Shown here: in pieces, positions 28,227-37,457 of the stretch
Position numbering within the stretch: position 1 is the first letter of the stretch
How the letters are laid out: each line of letters begins with the position of its first letter
Translations under genes and position numbers: made by a program
Assembly (NCBI GenBank): GCA_041750285.1
Contig: JBGSZS010000007.1
Location: forward strand, 1 to 64,000
Direction: 5' to 3'
Length of the DNA: 64,000 nucleotides
Source: Candidatus Fermentibacteraceae bacterium
GTDB taxonomy: Bacteria; Fermentibacterota; Fermentibacteria; Fermentibacterales; JCC-6
The notes under the pieces: model-generated
The model's database searches: none
The model's input: only the letters and a program-made list of their open reading frames with translations
Told to the model about the DNA's origin: nothing

Positions 28227-29443
28227 ACCTGGTTCCTTTCCAGAACGAGCATTGTCTCCACATGGTCCGTATGGGGAAACATGTCGACCGGAACTGCATT
28301 TTTCAAATGAAAACCCCGTTCCGCCAGAACCGCCGTATCACGCGCGGCAGTGAACGGATTGCATGTGATGTAGATGATACGGTGTCGGGCAACCCTGTCC
28401 AGCTGCTTCATTATCCCCGGTCCCGCTCCTGCACGGGGCGGGTCGAGTATCACGGTGTCATAGGAGGTTCCCCTGGAAACGGCGCGGGTCAGGAAAGGCT
28501 CATCCCGTTCAGCAAATGACCTGAAACCTCGCGCCCCGTTGATCCCGGCTGCTTCCCTGGCGGCTTCTGCCGCCTGTGGGCAGCTCTCCACGCTGTCCAC
28601 CCGGGCTCCCCGGGCGGCCAGGGGAACTCCGAAAGTCCCGGCCCCTCCGTAAAGGTCGAGGATGGTTTCTCCTGCGGCACTATCAAGAACCCTTTCCAGA
28701 AGCAATTCCGCAACCGGGGTGTTGACCTGGAAGAACCCGCCTGGAGGGATGGGAAAGTCCCATCCCAGAAGCCTTTCAGTCAATCTGGATGCCCCGGGAA
28801 CCCTGCCCCGTTCGCAGACCGCTCCCCATCTTTCAGGGAGCGCACCCCGGAGCGAACCGACCACTTCGACCAGGGTCTGCCCCGTGGATCTGGAGCATCT
28901 GATGGCGATGCTTTCCACCCCCGAAGGCACCCCCGTTCTCCAGATCTCTCCCAATACGGCTCTGCCTGCGGGATACAACGCTGGGCAGTCCTTTACCGGA
29001 AGCGGATCCCCCCGAAAGGCATGAAGGCAGGGCTTGCCCCCGGAGACGCAGAACGTCACCCTGTTCCTGAAGCCATCGGAAAGGGGAGAGGGAACGACAT
29101 CATCGAGAGAGAAGCCGCCGAGTCCGAAAAAAGCCTTTTCGATCCACTTCCTCTTCCAGAAAAGCTGCGCGGAGTACTCGAGATGTTGCAGGGAACACCC
29201 TCCGCATACCCCGTGAAGGGGGCATATGGGTTCGACACGCTCCGGACATGGAGACAGGATTGTCACAAGTTCGGCTTCGAGGTGTCTTTTACCGGTGGAA
29301 GCGACGCGGACCTTCACAGTTTCCCCAGGGAGGGCGCCCCTGATGAAAACAACGGGTCCGTCATCCTGAAGGGCGATTCCACCCACACGGTTTCCCAGTG
29401 AGGAAACCTTCAGGGTCAGGAAGCCGTCGGGATCAGTAGCCAT
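28223..29443 (-). CDS. rlmD: TRAM-domain RNA m5U methyltransferase (RlmD/TrmA family)
   Basis: 'GALPGE', 'CP..GVCGGC', 'FFQVN', 'DPPRAG', 'YITCNP', 'DMFPHTDHVE'. Confidence 0.88.
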   Translation of the reverse strand: MATDPDGFLTLKVSSLGNRVGGIALQDDGPVVFIRGALPGETVKVRVASTGKRHLEAELVTILSPCPERVEPICPLHGVCGGCSLQHLEYSAQLFWKRKWIEKAFFGLGGFSLDDVVPSPLSDGFRNRVTFCVSGGKPCLHAFRGDPLPVKDCPALYPAGRAVLGEIWRTGVPSGVESIAIRCSRSTGQTLVEVVGSLRGALPERWGAVCERGRVPGASRLTERLLGWDFPIPPGGFFQVNTPVAELLLERVLDSAAGETILDLYGGAGTFGVPLAARGARVDSVESCPQAAEAAREAAGINGARGFRSFAERDEPFLTRAVSRGTSYDTVILDPPRAGAGPGIMKQLDRVARHRIIYITCNPFTAARDTAVLAERGFHLKNAVPVDMFPHTDHVETMLVLERNQV

Positions 29444-30599
29444 CGGAGTTGAAGGACTCCCTGTTCAAGTGCCATTCGTCTCTCCACTTCTGAAAGGAAC
29501 CATTTGTGATGTGCTCCCTCATCTCCGCCATCAGGCCGGCGAAATAGTGGAGATTGTGGAGGGTTGCCAGTATTGGAGCCAGCCATTCCTTTGTCACGAA
29601 CAGGTGTCTTATGTACGCCCGGCTGTGGTTCGAGCACACATAGCATCCGCAGCCCGGTTGAACGGGTTTGAAATCGTGCCTGAACCTTGTGTTCCTGAGA
29701 TTGAGCCTTCCACCCGGAACGAAGAAACACGCCCCCCTGGCATTGCGTGTGGGAACGACGCAGTCGAACATGTCCACGCCCATCGCCGTGAAGTCCACCA
29801 GGTCTTCCGGTTTGCCCACTCCCATCAGGTACCGGGGCTTGTGAACGGGTAGGACATCGACGCATCCGTTCACTGCGAGTTCCATGCGTTCTCTGTCCTC
29901 CCCGACGGCCACTCCCCCTATGGCGTATCCATCGAAACCCATTTCCACGAGTTCCCGGGCGCACCTCTCCCTCAGGTCGGGGAAAGCGCCGCCCTGCACT
30001 ATTCCGAACAGGGAGCCGCCACCACCCCTGTGAAGCTTGATCGTCCTTTCGGCCCAGCGAAGCGTAAGCTGCATGGATTCTTCGGTACGCTCTCTGCCGC
30101 TCGGCTGCTCGAGGCATTCATCGAGGACCATCATGATGTCGCTGCCGAACAACCTCTGAAGTTCGAGGACCCCCTCGGGCGTCAGCGTGTGACTCGATCC
30201 GTCAACATGGGACTGAAAACTGTATCCGGCTTCGGTTACCTTTCGCAGTGATGAAAGGCTGAAAAGCTGAAATCCTCCGGAGTCGGTCAGGATGCACCGC
30301 TCCCAGTTCATGAACCTGTGGAGACCCCCCGCGCTTTCGATCACCTCGCGTCCGGGTCTCAGATACAAATGATAGGTGTTGCAGAGGATCATTTCGTAAC
30401 CCATCCCTGTCAGGTCGCTGTTCCTGGCTGTCTTGACAGTTGCCTGGGTGCCCACCGGCATGAACGCAGGGGTCTCCACCAGCCCGTGGGGCAGTGCCAG
30501 AACGCCTGTCCTGGCCCTTCCGTCGCATGCTCTAAGGCTGAACAGGATCTTGTTCCTGAACTGATGGAGGCAGGGTTTCAGTGGTGTCGGGGAGAGCAT
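29433..30599 (-). CDS. tgt: Queuine tRNA-ribosyltransferase
   Basis: 'TPAFMPVGT', 'NTYHL', 'TDSGGFQ', 'DMFDCV', 'CGCYVC', 'HNL'. True start may be near 30545. Confidence 0.96.
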   Translation of the reverse strand: MLSPTPLKPCLHQFRNKILFSLRACDGRARTGVLALPHGLVETPAFMPVGTQATVKTARNSDLTGMGYEMILCNTYHLYLRPGREVIESAGGLHRFMNWERCILTDSGGFQLFSLSSLRKVTEAGYSFQSHVDGSSHTLTPEGVLELQRLFGSDIMMVLDECLEQPSGRERTEESMQLTLRWAERTIKLHRGGGGSLFGIVQGGAFPDLRERCARELVEMGFDGYAIGGVAVGEDRERMELAVNGCVDVLPVHKPRYLMGVGKPEDLVDFTAMGVDMFDCVVPTRNARGACFFVPGGRLNLRNTRFRHDFKPVQPGCGCYVCSNHSRAYIRHLFVTKEWLAPILATLHNLHYFAGLMAEMREHITNGSFQKWRDEWHLNRESFNSDGY

Positions 30600-31473
30600 C
30601 GGCCGGGTCGCCCTGAGGTTCGGTTTCCATCAACACCTCGGATCCGGTCACGACTACCTGCGTGTCAGGCTCAGTGACGGTCGAGTCCACCTGTTCAGGG
30701 ATGACGGGCAGGGAGTCGGGGATCAGGCTGTCGGGGGTGCTGACCAGATCATCGAAGCCGACTCTGGAAGTATCGCCGAGAACGAGAAGGGCGTGCTCGG
30801 GGTTGAGCCGCCTTATCTCGGAGAGCTGGTTCTCGAGATCTGAGAGCATGTTGTTCCTGTGGTAGAGACTGGCCAGGCGGACATGATACTCCAGTTCATC
30901 GGGATGAAGCGCCGCCAGCTCAAGGTACAAGGTCAGGAGCTGGCGGTCGGATTCACTCATTTCACCGTAAAGGTCCTGCTCGGAGGTCGGGTTGTCATAG
31001 TCAATGAGAGGATTGGCCAACAGGAACATCACGGCGGATACGATTATCGCGCTGGTGGTGTAGGCGGTTACCCATCGTTTGGCAACCTTCCTCCCCTCCA
31101 TCACGATGGCCCTGGGCCGGGGATCGAGCTGGAGGTCGAGTTCTCTGAAATCGGTGCGGGACACTGCTTCGGGAAGGGATAGCCCGCCCTTGAAACACTT
31201 CATGTAACCGACCATCCCCATCAGAAGAAGGGGAGGGGTGAGGCCGATCCTCAGGAGCTTCATTCCGTAGGTCTTCTCTCCGTGAATCGTTACCCCCAGT
31301 GCCGTGGCCGGGCTCTGGCGTGACGAGTTTTCGACTCCCGCAGTCAGGCTGAGGGCGAAAGCGTAGAAAACAGGAACGGCCCAGTACCACCTCGACCACA
31401 GAAGCGCCAGAAGTGATGCCCCCAGTATCGTCCATGAGAGCACCAGCAGAGTTTCCAGACCTGCAAGGGCCAA
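30532..31473 (-). CDS. Hypothetical membrane protein (N-terminal TMs, TPR-like helix pair, acidic low-complexity tail)
   Basis: Fills the gap between queA and tgt in the operon direction; about 4 TM segments. Confidence 0.6.
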   Translation of the reverse strand: MALAGLETLLVLSWTILGASLLALLWSRWYWAVPVFYAFALSLTAGVENSSRQSPATALGVTIHGEKTYGMKLLRIGLTPPLLLMGMVGYMKCFKGGLSLPEAVSRTDFRELDLQLDPRPRAIVMEGRKVAKRWVTAYTTSAIIVSAVMFLLANPLIDYDNPTSEQDLYGEMSESDRQLLTLYLELAALHPDELEYHVRLASLYHRNNMLSDLENQLSEIRRLNPEHALLVLGDTSRVGFDDLVSTPDSLIPDSLPVIPEQVDSTVTEPDTQVVVTGSEVLMETEPQGDPADALPDTTETLPPSVQEQDPVQP

Positions 31474-31524
31474 TACCCTTGAGGCTTTTGGTCTGTTTCT
31501 TCCGCTTTTGATTGTGGTGTCCTT

Positions 31525-32586
31525 TCAAACTACGATCATTGCATCGCCGTAGCTGTAGAATCGGTACCTTTCGGCTACCGCCCTCCGGTACGCGTTCATT
31601 ACGGGGTCGAGCCCGGCAAATGCTGCAACAAGCGCAATTAGCGAGCTTCCCGGCAGATGGAAGTTCGTGATCAGCGCATCGACGTTCCTGAACGTGTACG
31701 GTGGAAATATGAAGAGAGATGTCTCGCCCGACAGAGGTCCGCTGTCATCAATCCGGATGCTTTCGAGAACCCTTGCGGCCGTCGTGCCCACGGCTACGAT
31801 CCGTCCGCCTGCCCTGCGGGTTTCAGAGAGGAGTGCAAGGGATTCGGCGGGAACCATGTACTCTTCAGGGTCAAGATTGTTGTCGGCCAGTCTTTCCCTT
31901 CTCAGAGGTTCGAAGGTTCCGGGACCCACGTGCAGCGTCAGGCGGCAGTGGTTCACTCCGGCCGCGGAAAGTCCGGACAGCATCTCCAGGGTGAAATGCA
32001 GTCCTGCGGTTGGTGCGGCCACAGCACCTCCGTTTCTGGCGTAGACGGTCTGGTATCTTTCCGTGTCGTTGCTGTCGGGCGTTCGTTTGATGTAGGGTGG
32101 AAGCGGTACGGTTCCCACTTCTTCCAGCATTTGGTGCACCCTGTCGGGAGGACCGAAACCCAAAACGGCTCTCCCGTTGCCCAGCCCTTCGAGAACAACA
32201 GCGGAAAAGCCCTCTGCGAGATCGAAAGAGGTTCCGGGACGGCAGTACTTTCCCGGCCTGAGAAGCACCTTCCAGTCGGTATCCGAGATCTGTCTGAGCA
32301 GGAATATCTCTGCCCTGCCACCGGTGTCGGTGCGGTGGGCCCCTATCCTGGCGGGAAAAACCCTCGTGTCGTTCAGAACGAGACAATCACCGGGATGCAG
32401 AAGCGATGGCAGCTCCGAAAAGAAGGTATTGCTGACCCCGCCTGTCTCTCTGTTCAGCACCATGAGCCTCGATGTTCCCCTCTCGGGGAGTGGCTCCTGC
32501 GCTATGAGCTCCTCCGGAAGGTGGTAACGAAGGTGGTCTTTGGTGAGCTCCAGTGGACATCCTTCCGTTTCAGTGCAACCGGTCAC
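31525..32586 (-). CDS. queA: S-adenosylmethionine:tRNA ribosyltransferase-isomerase
   Basis: 'LPEELIAQ', 'LNDTRV', 'PLPPYI', 'RYQTVYA', 'AAPTAGLHF', 'TNFHLP', 'RFYSYGD'. Confidence 0.96.
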   Translation of the reverse strand: MTGCTETEGCPLELTKDHLRYHLPEELIAQEPLPERGTSRLMVLNRETGGVSNTFFSELPSLLHPGDCLVLNDTRVFPARIGAHRTDTGGRAEIFLLRQISDTDWKVLLRPGKYCRPGTSFDLAEGFSAVVLEGLGNGRAVLGFGPPDRVHQMLEEVGTVPLPPYIKRTPDSNDTERYQTVYARNGGAVAAPTAGLHFTLEMLSGLSAAGVNHCRLTLHVGPGTFEPLRRERLADNNLDPEEYMVPAESLALLSETRRAGGRIVAVGTTAARVLESIRIDDSGPLSGETSLFIFPPYTFRNVDALITNFHLPGSSLIALVAAFAGLDPVMNAYRRAVAERYRFYSYGDAMIVV

Positions 32587-35096
32587 GATGTCTTGAACCT
32601 GAGAGTGAAACGGGTTCCCCTGTCCCTGGAGGAAAAAACGGCGATGGTTCCACCCATTGCCTCGGTGAATCTTTTCGCGAGGGGGATGTCGAGTCCCGAA
32701 GACTGGATGCCATGCGCTGGTCCGTCAGCGGACCGGCTCTTGAAAAGGGCAGGCAGCTCCGCAGTGGGAATGCCCCTTCCGCTGTTCTCCACCTGGACCG
32801 ACCAGTATCCGCCCCCACTGGAAAGCGAAATCCCCACAGAATCCTCCGGTCCGGCGTGTGCAGAGGCGATCCTTAAGAGGCTGTTGAGCGCTATCAGGAG
32901 CCATGAAGGATCGAAACAAGCTATGAAACGCTGTTCCGGTTCCTCGAAAAGAATCGGCGCGGAGGATCCTGTTGGAAGTGATTTCCACCTGGACACGAGT
33001 TCGAAGACCGTTTCGCAGGGGTCAGCCCAGCGCATGTCCGGTTTTCCGCCGAACGCCTCGGCTCTCAGCCAGCCCACCAGAACTGAAGCTGTTGACGCGA
33101 TCCTGCCCGAAGCGTTCCGGATTGATTCGAGGAGCCTGCCCGCGCCCTCTTCCTGGGTACACAGGCCCGGAAGCTGCCCGGAAGCGCTGAGAAGTGTTGC
33201 CGATGCCTCGGAAAGCTCGTTCTCGATCTCCATGACAACGCTCTCCTGAAGGTTGCCCTCGGTGGCATCGGTCACCGGAGCCGTGCCGTCCAGAAGTGCT
33301 GCAGCCTCCAGGGCGGATAGAACAACCGCAACGGTTTCCAGAATTGCCATGGCCTCTCCGGAGAAACCTTCCTGCGAAGACGTGGCGAGAAGCACCACTC
33401 CCGTGACTATGTCACCCCTTATGATGGGTGCAGCCATCTCGCTGCCCGAATCCGTGAAAACCGATGACATCCTTACGTCATGCATCGGATCGGCGAGGAA
33501 AGCGCTCTTGCCGTGAACGCACACCCAGGCCATTATGCTGTCAGAACCCATCGGCACGCCGGGCAGACCTCCCTGAACTCCCACGGTGACTACCGGCCGA
33601 AGGACCGTGCCATCCGAACTGGCCTCGGCTTTTATGCCCCTGTCTGCGCCGCAGATGGATGCCAGTTCCCTGAGTGTCTTTTCATAGCCTTCCCTGCCGG
33701 CTTTCGCGAACTCCATCACCCTGGACACCTGCTCAAGAACTGCTCGGGCACGGGTTCGATCCCCCTGGACAGGATGGAAGCAGGGGAGCAGGGATATGAC
33801 TTTCAGCGCGAGTTCACCGCAAGGGCGAAGTTTGTTGCTCCGGAGCCCTCCCAGGGCGATGACCCCGTTTCCGTTCTCTCCAGGGACCGGGATGAGCAGC
33901 CTCCAGTCGCCATGGTTCTCGATCCACAACCTGTCCGGCAGGTCCGAAGGAATGGTCTCCAGAAGGCCGGCGGCGTTTCCATGAGTCACCGTTCTGCCCG
34001 GCATCATGAGAACGATCGATTCAGCGCCCGTACCGGCCCCGAGGATGCTTGTCAGGAGTTCGGCATCGGCATTCGGTTCGAGGATAAGGGCGGCTTCAGC
34101 TTCCGGGAATGCGCATTCAGGGAGGGCGTCGAGCCTTCTGGAGAGGAAGGCGACCGAGTCGCCCCCCTCGGAAAGCGGAAAGACACTTATCTCCATAAGA
34201 GGTATATTGTTACGGAAGTCGGGCTTCAACCCCAGAGTGTAGCGGCTGGGAGCGTAGTAGCCCCTGATCCGCTTGTCGTGATTCGCTTTCGCCTCTTCAC
34301 GGTACTCCTCGGCGACCCACTTCCAGAAATACGTGCCCTGGATCTCTGTCTTGCCGTAGATTTCAAGGGCCAGGCTTCTCGCCGCACCGTTGAGTTTCGT
34401 GATCATCCCGGTCCTGTCGACCACCAGTGCCGGAGAAGGATTTTCCTCGATTATCGTCTCAAGCAGTGAGTCTGCAGTTCCTCCGGTGTTCACAAGGGCC
34501 AGCGAGGGGATGGACAGCTCGCAGAGGACAAGGCTGCCCGGGGCCTGAACCGCTTCGAGGGACATTATCCAGTTTTCCCTGCTTCCCTGTGAAGAACTGC
34601 TGCTCACCAGGAAATCGTCCACCCTGCCCTCTTCGCGGCATGTCTTCAAGCCTGCCTGAATGGCGGGTCGTGAGCCTGGTTCGAATGCGGATTGAAGGGT
34701 TTTCGTGCTGTCGCCCAGATCAAGGGTCGAAGCCATGGAACGGGCGAGCAGCCTTCCCGAAGAGGTGCACAGGATGGTGTTGCGTCTTCCCCGGATCGTG
34801 GACAGGAGAGACGAGGCTGAAGCTTCGTTGATCATTCGGCAGACAAACAGGGTTTCGGAGGCTCCCAGTTCCGTTCCTGTTACTTCAAGCAGACGGCCGC
34901 CGATGGAGCATGGCCACCTCCCCGGAGCAGTTCCGTGGAAAAGGGCACTGAAATCTTCGGGTTCGGTGCCGCAACTCATCGCGAGCTGCCGCCATTCATC
35001 CGAAAACGTAACCTGCCCACTCCCTTTGGAAACGACCGCCCATGCCGTAGATTCCGGACATGGCACAGGAGTTGCAGAAAACGGTAGTCCTTTCAT
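32583..35096 (-). CDS. PAS/GAF sensor with a degenerate histidine-kinase module (probable pseudokinase)
   Basis: PAS ('VDRTGMITKLNGAA'), GAF ('SEMAAPI...VTGVV'), HATPase-like end ('AMGGTI...GTRFTLRF'); H, N, G1 and G2 boxes altered. Confidence 0.75.
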   Translation of the reverse strand: MKGLPFSATPVPCPESTAWAVVSKGSGQVTFSDEWRQLAMSCGTEPEDFSALFHGTAPGRWPCSIGGRLLEVTGTELGASETLFVCRMINEASASSLLSTIRGRRNTILCTSSGRLLARSMASTLDLGDSTKTLQSAFEPGSRPAIQAGLKTCREEGRVDDFLVSSSSSQGSRENWIMSLEAVQAPGSLVLCELSIPSLALVNTGGTADSLLETIIEENPSPALVVDRTGMITKLNGAARSLALEIYGKTEIQGTYFWKWVAEEYREEAKANHDKRIRGYYAPSRYTLGLKPDFRNNIPLMEISVFPLSEGGDSVAFLSRRLDALPECAFPEAEAALILEPNADAELLTSILGAGTGAESIVLMMPGRTVTHGNAAGLLETIPSDLPDRLWIENHGDWRLLIPVPGENGNGVIALGGLRSNKLRPCGELALKVISLLPCFHPVQGDRTRARAVLEQVSRVMEFAKAGREGYEKTLRELASICGADRGIKAEASSDGTVLRPVVTVGVQGGLPGVPMGSDSIMAWVCVHGKSAFLADPMHDVRMSSVFTDSGSEMAAPIIRGDIVTGVVLLATSSQEGFSGEAMAILETVAVVLSALEAAALLDGTAPVTDATEGNLQESVVMEIENELSEASATLLSASGQLPGLCTQEEGAGRLLESIRNASGRIASTASVLVGWLRAEAFGGKPDMRWADPCETVFELVSRWKSLPTGSSAPILFEEPEQRFIACFDPSWLLIALNSLLRIASAHAGPEDSVGISLSSGGGYWSVQVENSGRGIPTAELPALFKSRSADGPAHGIQSSGLDIPLAKRFTEAMGGTIAVFSSRDRGTRFTLRFKTS

Positions 35097-35166
35097 ATCT
35101 TAATCCAAACACGGTGCGGGAGAACAGTGTCAAACATGGGTAATTCTATTAGATTCGGGAGAGAAA

Positions 35167-35628
35167 ATGGAAGGTTCATCTTTGAAGTATTCGGCATACT
35201 GTGTATCTGATCTCAAAGCATGTTCAAGAAGTGATGCCCTGGAAGAGCTTCTGGAGTTCATACCCATAAACGTCAACTCCCGGAAACTCATCCACGGGGC
35301 ACTGGAGATGAGGGAGCAGGCCGGTCCCACGACTATATCTGCAGGCATCTCCATCCCGCATTGCCGGAGCATTCTTGTCGATGATCTCACGGTGGTGGTG
35401 GGCCGAAGCATCCGGGGAGTGCCGTGGCCCGAGGAACCAGTCAAGGTGATGGTCATGTTCATCTCACCGGTCAAGCCCGATGGTCCGCACGAGCACCTTG
35501 CCTTCATCAGTCATGTAGCCTCCCGAATCAAGAAATCCGCAGAAGCCGTACTGAACGCTTCCAGCGCTGAATCACTGCTGGAACTGCTGGGCATGGAACG
35601 AAAACTTGGAGGTGTTGATGAACCTTGA
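35167..35628 (+). CDS. PTS EIIA domain protein (Ntr/fructose type)
   Basis: 'REQAGPTTISAGISIPHCR' with the phospho-His; 'HLAFIS'. Confidence 0.85.
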   Translation: MEGSSLKYSAYCVSDLKACSRSDALEELLEFIPINVNSRKLIHGALEMREQAGPTTISAGISIPHCRSILVDDLTVVVGRSIRGVPWPEEPVKVMVMFISPVKPDGPHEHLAFISHVASRIKKSAEAVLNASSAESLLELLGMERKLGGVDEP

Positions 35629-35971
35629 TCTGGAAAGGCTTATCGGTCTTCACGATCTCGACGTGATGATAGCCGACCTTGATAGAAAGGATATTCTCGA
35701 CAGGGAGAAAATGATGGGCCTCAGCCCAGAGAAGGCGCGTGAGGAACTCCTTACCCTCCGGAGCGATTATGTCAGGAACATCAACAAGAAGTGGCTCGGA
35801 TTGTACAGCCAGCTCACGAAGCATTATGGAAACGCTGTTGTACCGGCGGTTTCATGCAGGTGTACGGGCTGTCTGACCCGGCTTCCGACAGCAATGTGTT
35901 CCGACCCCGAGAGGAACGACAGGATAAACACATGCCCCACTTGCAGCAGAATAATGTACTGGGCGGAGTAA
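35618..35971 (+). CDS. C4 zinc-ribbon protein (DUF164-like, short form)
   Basis: 'LIGLHDLD', 'CTGC', 'CPTCSRIMY'; GGAGG RBS upstream. Confidence 0.75.
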   Translation: MNLDLERLIGLHDLDVMIADLDRKDILDREKMMGLSPEKAREELLTLRSDYVRNINKKWLGLYSQLTKHYGNAVVPAVSCRCTGCLTRLPTAMCSDPERNDRINTCPTCSRIMYWAE

Positions 35972-35987
35972 CCCCCAGGGAGCCGAA

Positions 35988-37457
35988 ATGAACCCGATCG
36001 ACGCGGAAACAGCCCTTACCTTCGATGATGTCCTCCTTCTACCCGGACCGTCACACGTGTTGCCCTCCCAGACCAGTCTCAAGACGCACCTCTGCCGCGG
36101 AATCACCCTGAACATCCCCGTCCTCAGCGCAGCAATGGACACCGTCACCGAAAGCACGATGGCCATCGCCCTTGCCCAGTTCGGCGGCATGGGAGTGATA
36201 CACAAGAACCTTTCGATCGAGGAACAGGCCACCAAGGTCCGCCAGGTCAAGCGCGCCGAAAGCGGAGTGATAGTCGATCCCATAACCCTCGACATAGGCG
36301 CCACGGTCGCCGATGCCTTCTCCCTCGCTGAGAGGACTGGTGTCTCGGGCTTTCCGGTCGTGTCCGGCGGGCGTCTCGCCGGGATGCTGACCCACCGTGA
36401 CTACCAGTTCGAAGAGGATGGCTCCAAACCGGTCAGCGAACTCATGACGCCTCTCGTCAACCTCATCACCGCACCGGAGAAGACTGGTGTTGAAAACGCT
36501 CTCCTGCTCCTTCGGAAGCACAGGCTTGAAAAACTTCCTCTTGTTGACGGTGAGGGCAGGGTCGTTGCCCTGATTACGGTTAAAGATATAATAAAGGCAC
36601 AATGTCATCCCGATGCCAACAAAGATTCCAGGGGAAGCCTCAGGGTCGCTGCAGCGGTGAGTGTGGGAGACCCTGCCCTCGACAGGGCAGCCGCACTTGT
36701 CGAAGCCGGGGTCGACTGCCTGTTCATCGATTCCGCCCACGGCCACAACTCCGGCGTCCTTGATACCACAAGGCGCATCAGATCGGCTCATTCAGCCATT
36801 CCGATCTGTTCGGGCAATGTGGTCACCGCCGAGGGCACGATAGCCCTTCTGGATGCCGGAGCCGACATGGTCAAGGTCGGGGTCGGACCCGGTTCGATAT
36901 GCACGACCCGGATCGTTGCCGGTGTGGGGTGTCCCCAGATAACGGCTGTGCATCAGTGTTCCATGGCGGCGCTGGAGAGAAACGCCACGATCATCGCCGA
37001 CGGCGGAATCAAATACTCGGGCGACATCGTCAAGGCGCTGGCCGCCGGTGCATGTTCTGTCATGATCGGAAGCCTGTTCGCCGGAGTAGCCGAAAGCCCC
37101 GGCGAAGCCATCACCTACAAGGGCAGAAGGTTCAAGTCTTACAGGGGCATGGGTTCTCTGGGGGCCATGCAGCTTGGAAGTGCTGATCGATACTTCCAGA
37201 AGGAAGACAAGAAACTGGTACCCGAGGGCATTGAGGGAATGGTCCCCTTCAAGGGTCCTCTCAGCGACTTTCTGCACCAGCTCATGGGTGGGCTGCGGGC
37301 CGGCATGGGTTACGTGGGAGCTGCCGAGGTCTCCGAGCTTCGCACGAAGGGTAGGTTCGTGAGGATAACGAGCGCCGGTCTGAAGGAAAGCCACGCACAC
37401 GACGTCATGATCACAAAAGAAGCGCCCAATTACACACTTGAAAGCCATGCATTCTGA
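35988..37457 (+). CDS. guaB: IMP dehydrogenase
   Basis: 'ALTFDDVLL', CBS pair, '[13 protein letters not shown]', 'YRGMGS', 'PEGIEG'. Confidence 0.98.
   Translation: MNPIDAETALTFDDVLLLPGPSHVLPSQTSLKTHLCRGITLNIPVLSAAMDTVTESTMAIALAQFGGMGVIHKNLSIEEQATKVRQVKRAESGVIVDPITLDIGATVADAFSLAERTGVSGFPVVSGGRLAGMLTHRDYQFEEDGSKPVSELMTPLVNLITAPEKTGVENALLLLRKHRLEKLPLVDGEGRVVALITVKDIIKAQCHPDANKDSRGSLRVAAAVSVGDPALDRAAALVEAGVDCLFIDSAHGHNSGVLDTTRRIRSAHSAIPICSGNVVTAEGTIALLDAGADMVKVGVGPGSICTTRIVAGVGCPQITAVHQCSMAALERNATIIADGGIKYSGDIVKALAAGACSVMIGSLFAGVAESPGEAITYKGRRFKSYRGMGSLGAMQLGSADRYFQKEDKKLVPEGIEGMVPFKGPLSDFLHQLMGGLRAGMGYVGAAEVSELRTKGRFVRITSAGLKESHAHDVMITKEAPNYTLESHAF

Noticed and set aside
31657..33249. 530-aa plus-strand ORF
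   Set aside because: Antisense shadow of queA and the sensor protein; no recognisable motifs; expected in GC-rich DNA.
35128..35133. TTGACA on the minus strand upstream of the pseudo-HK
   Set aside because: No -10 hexamer at 16-18 bp spacing.
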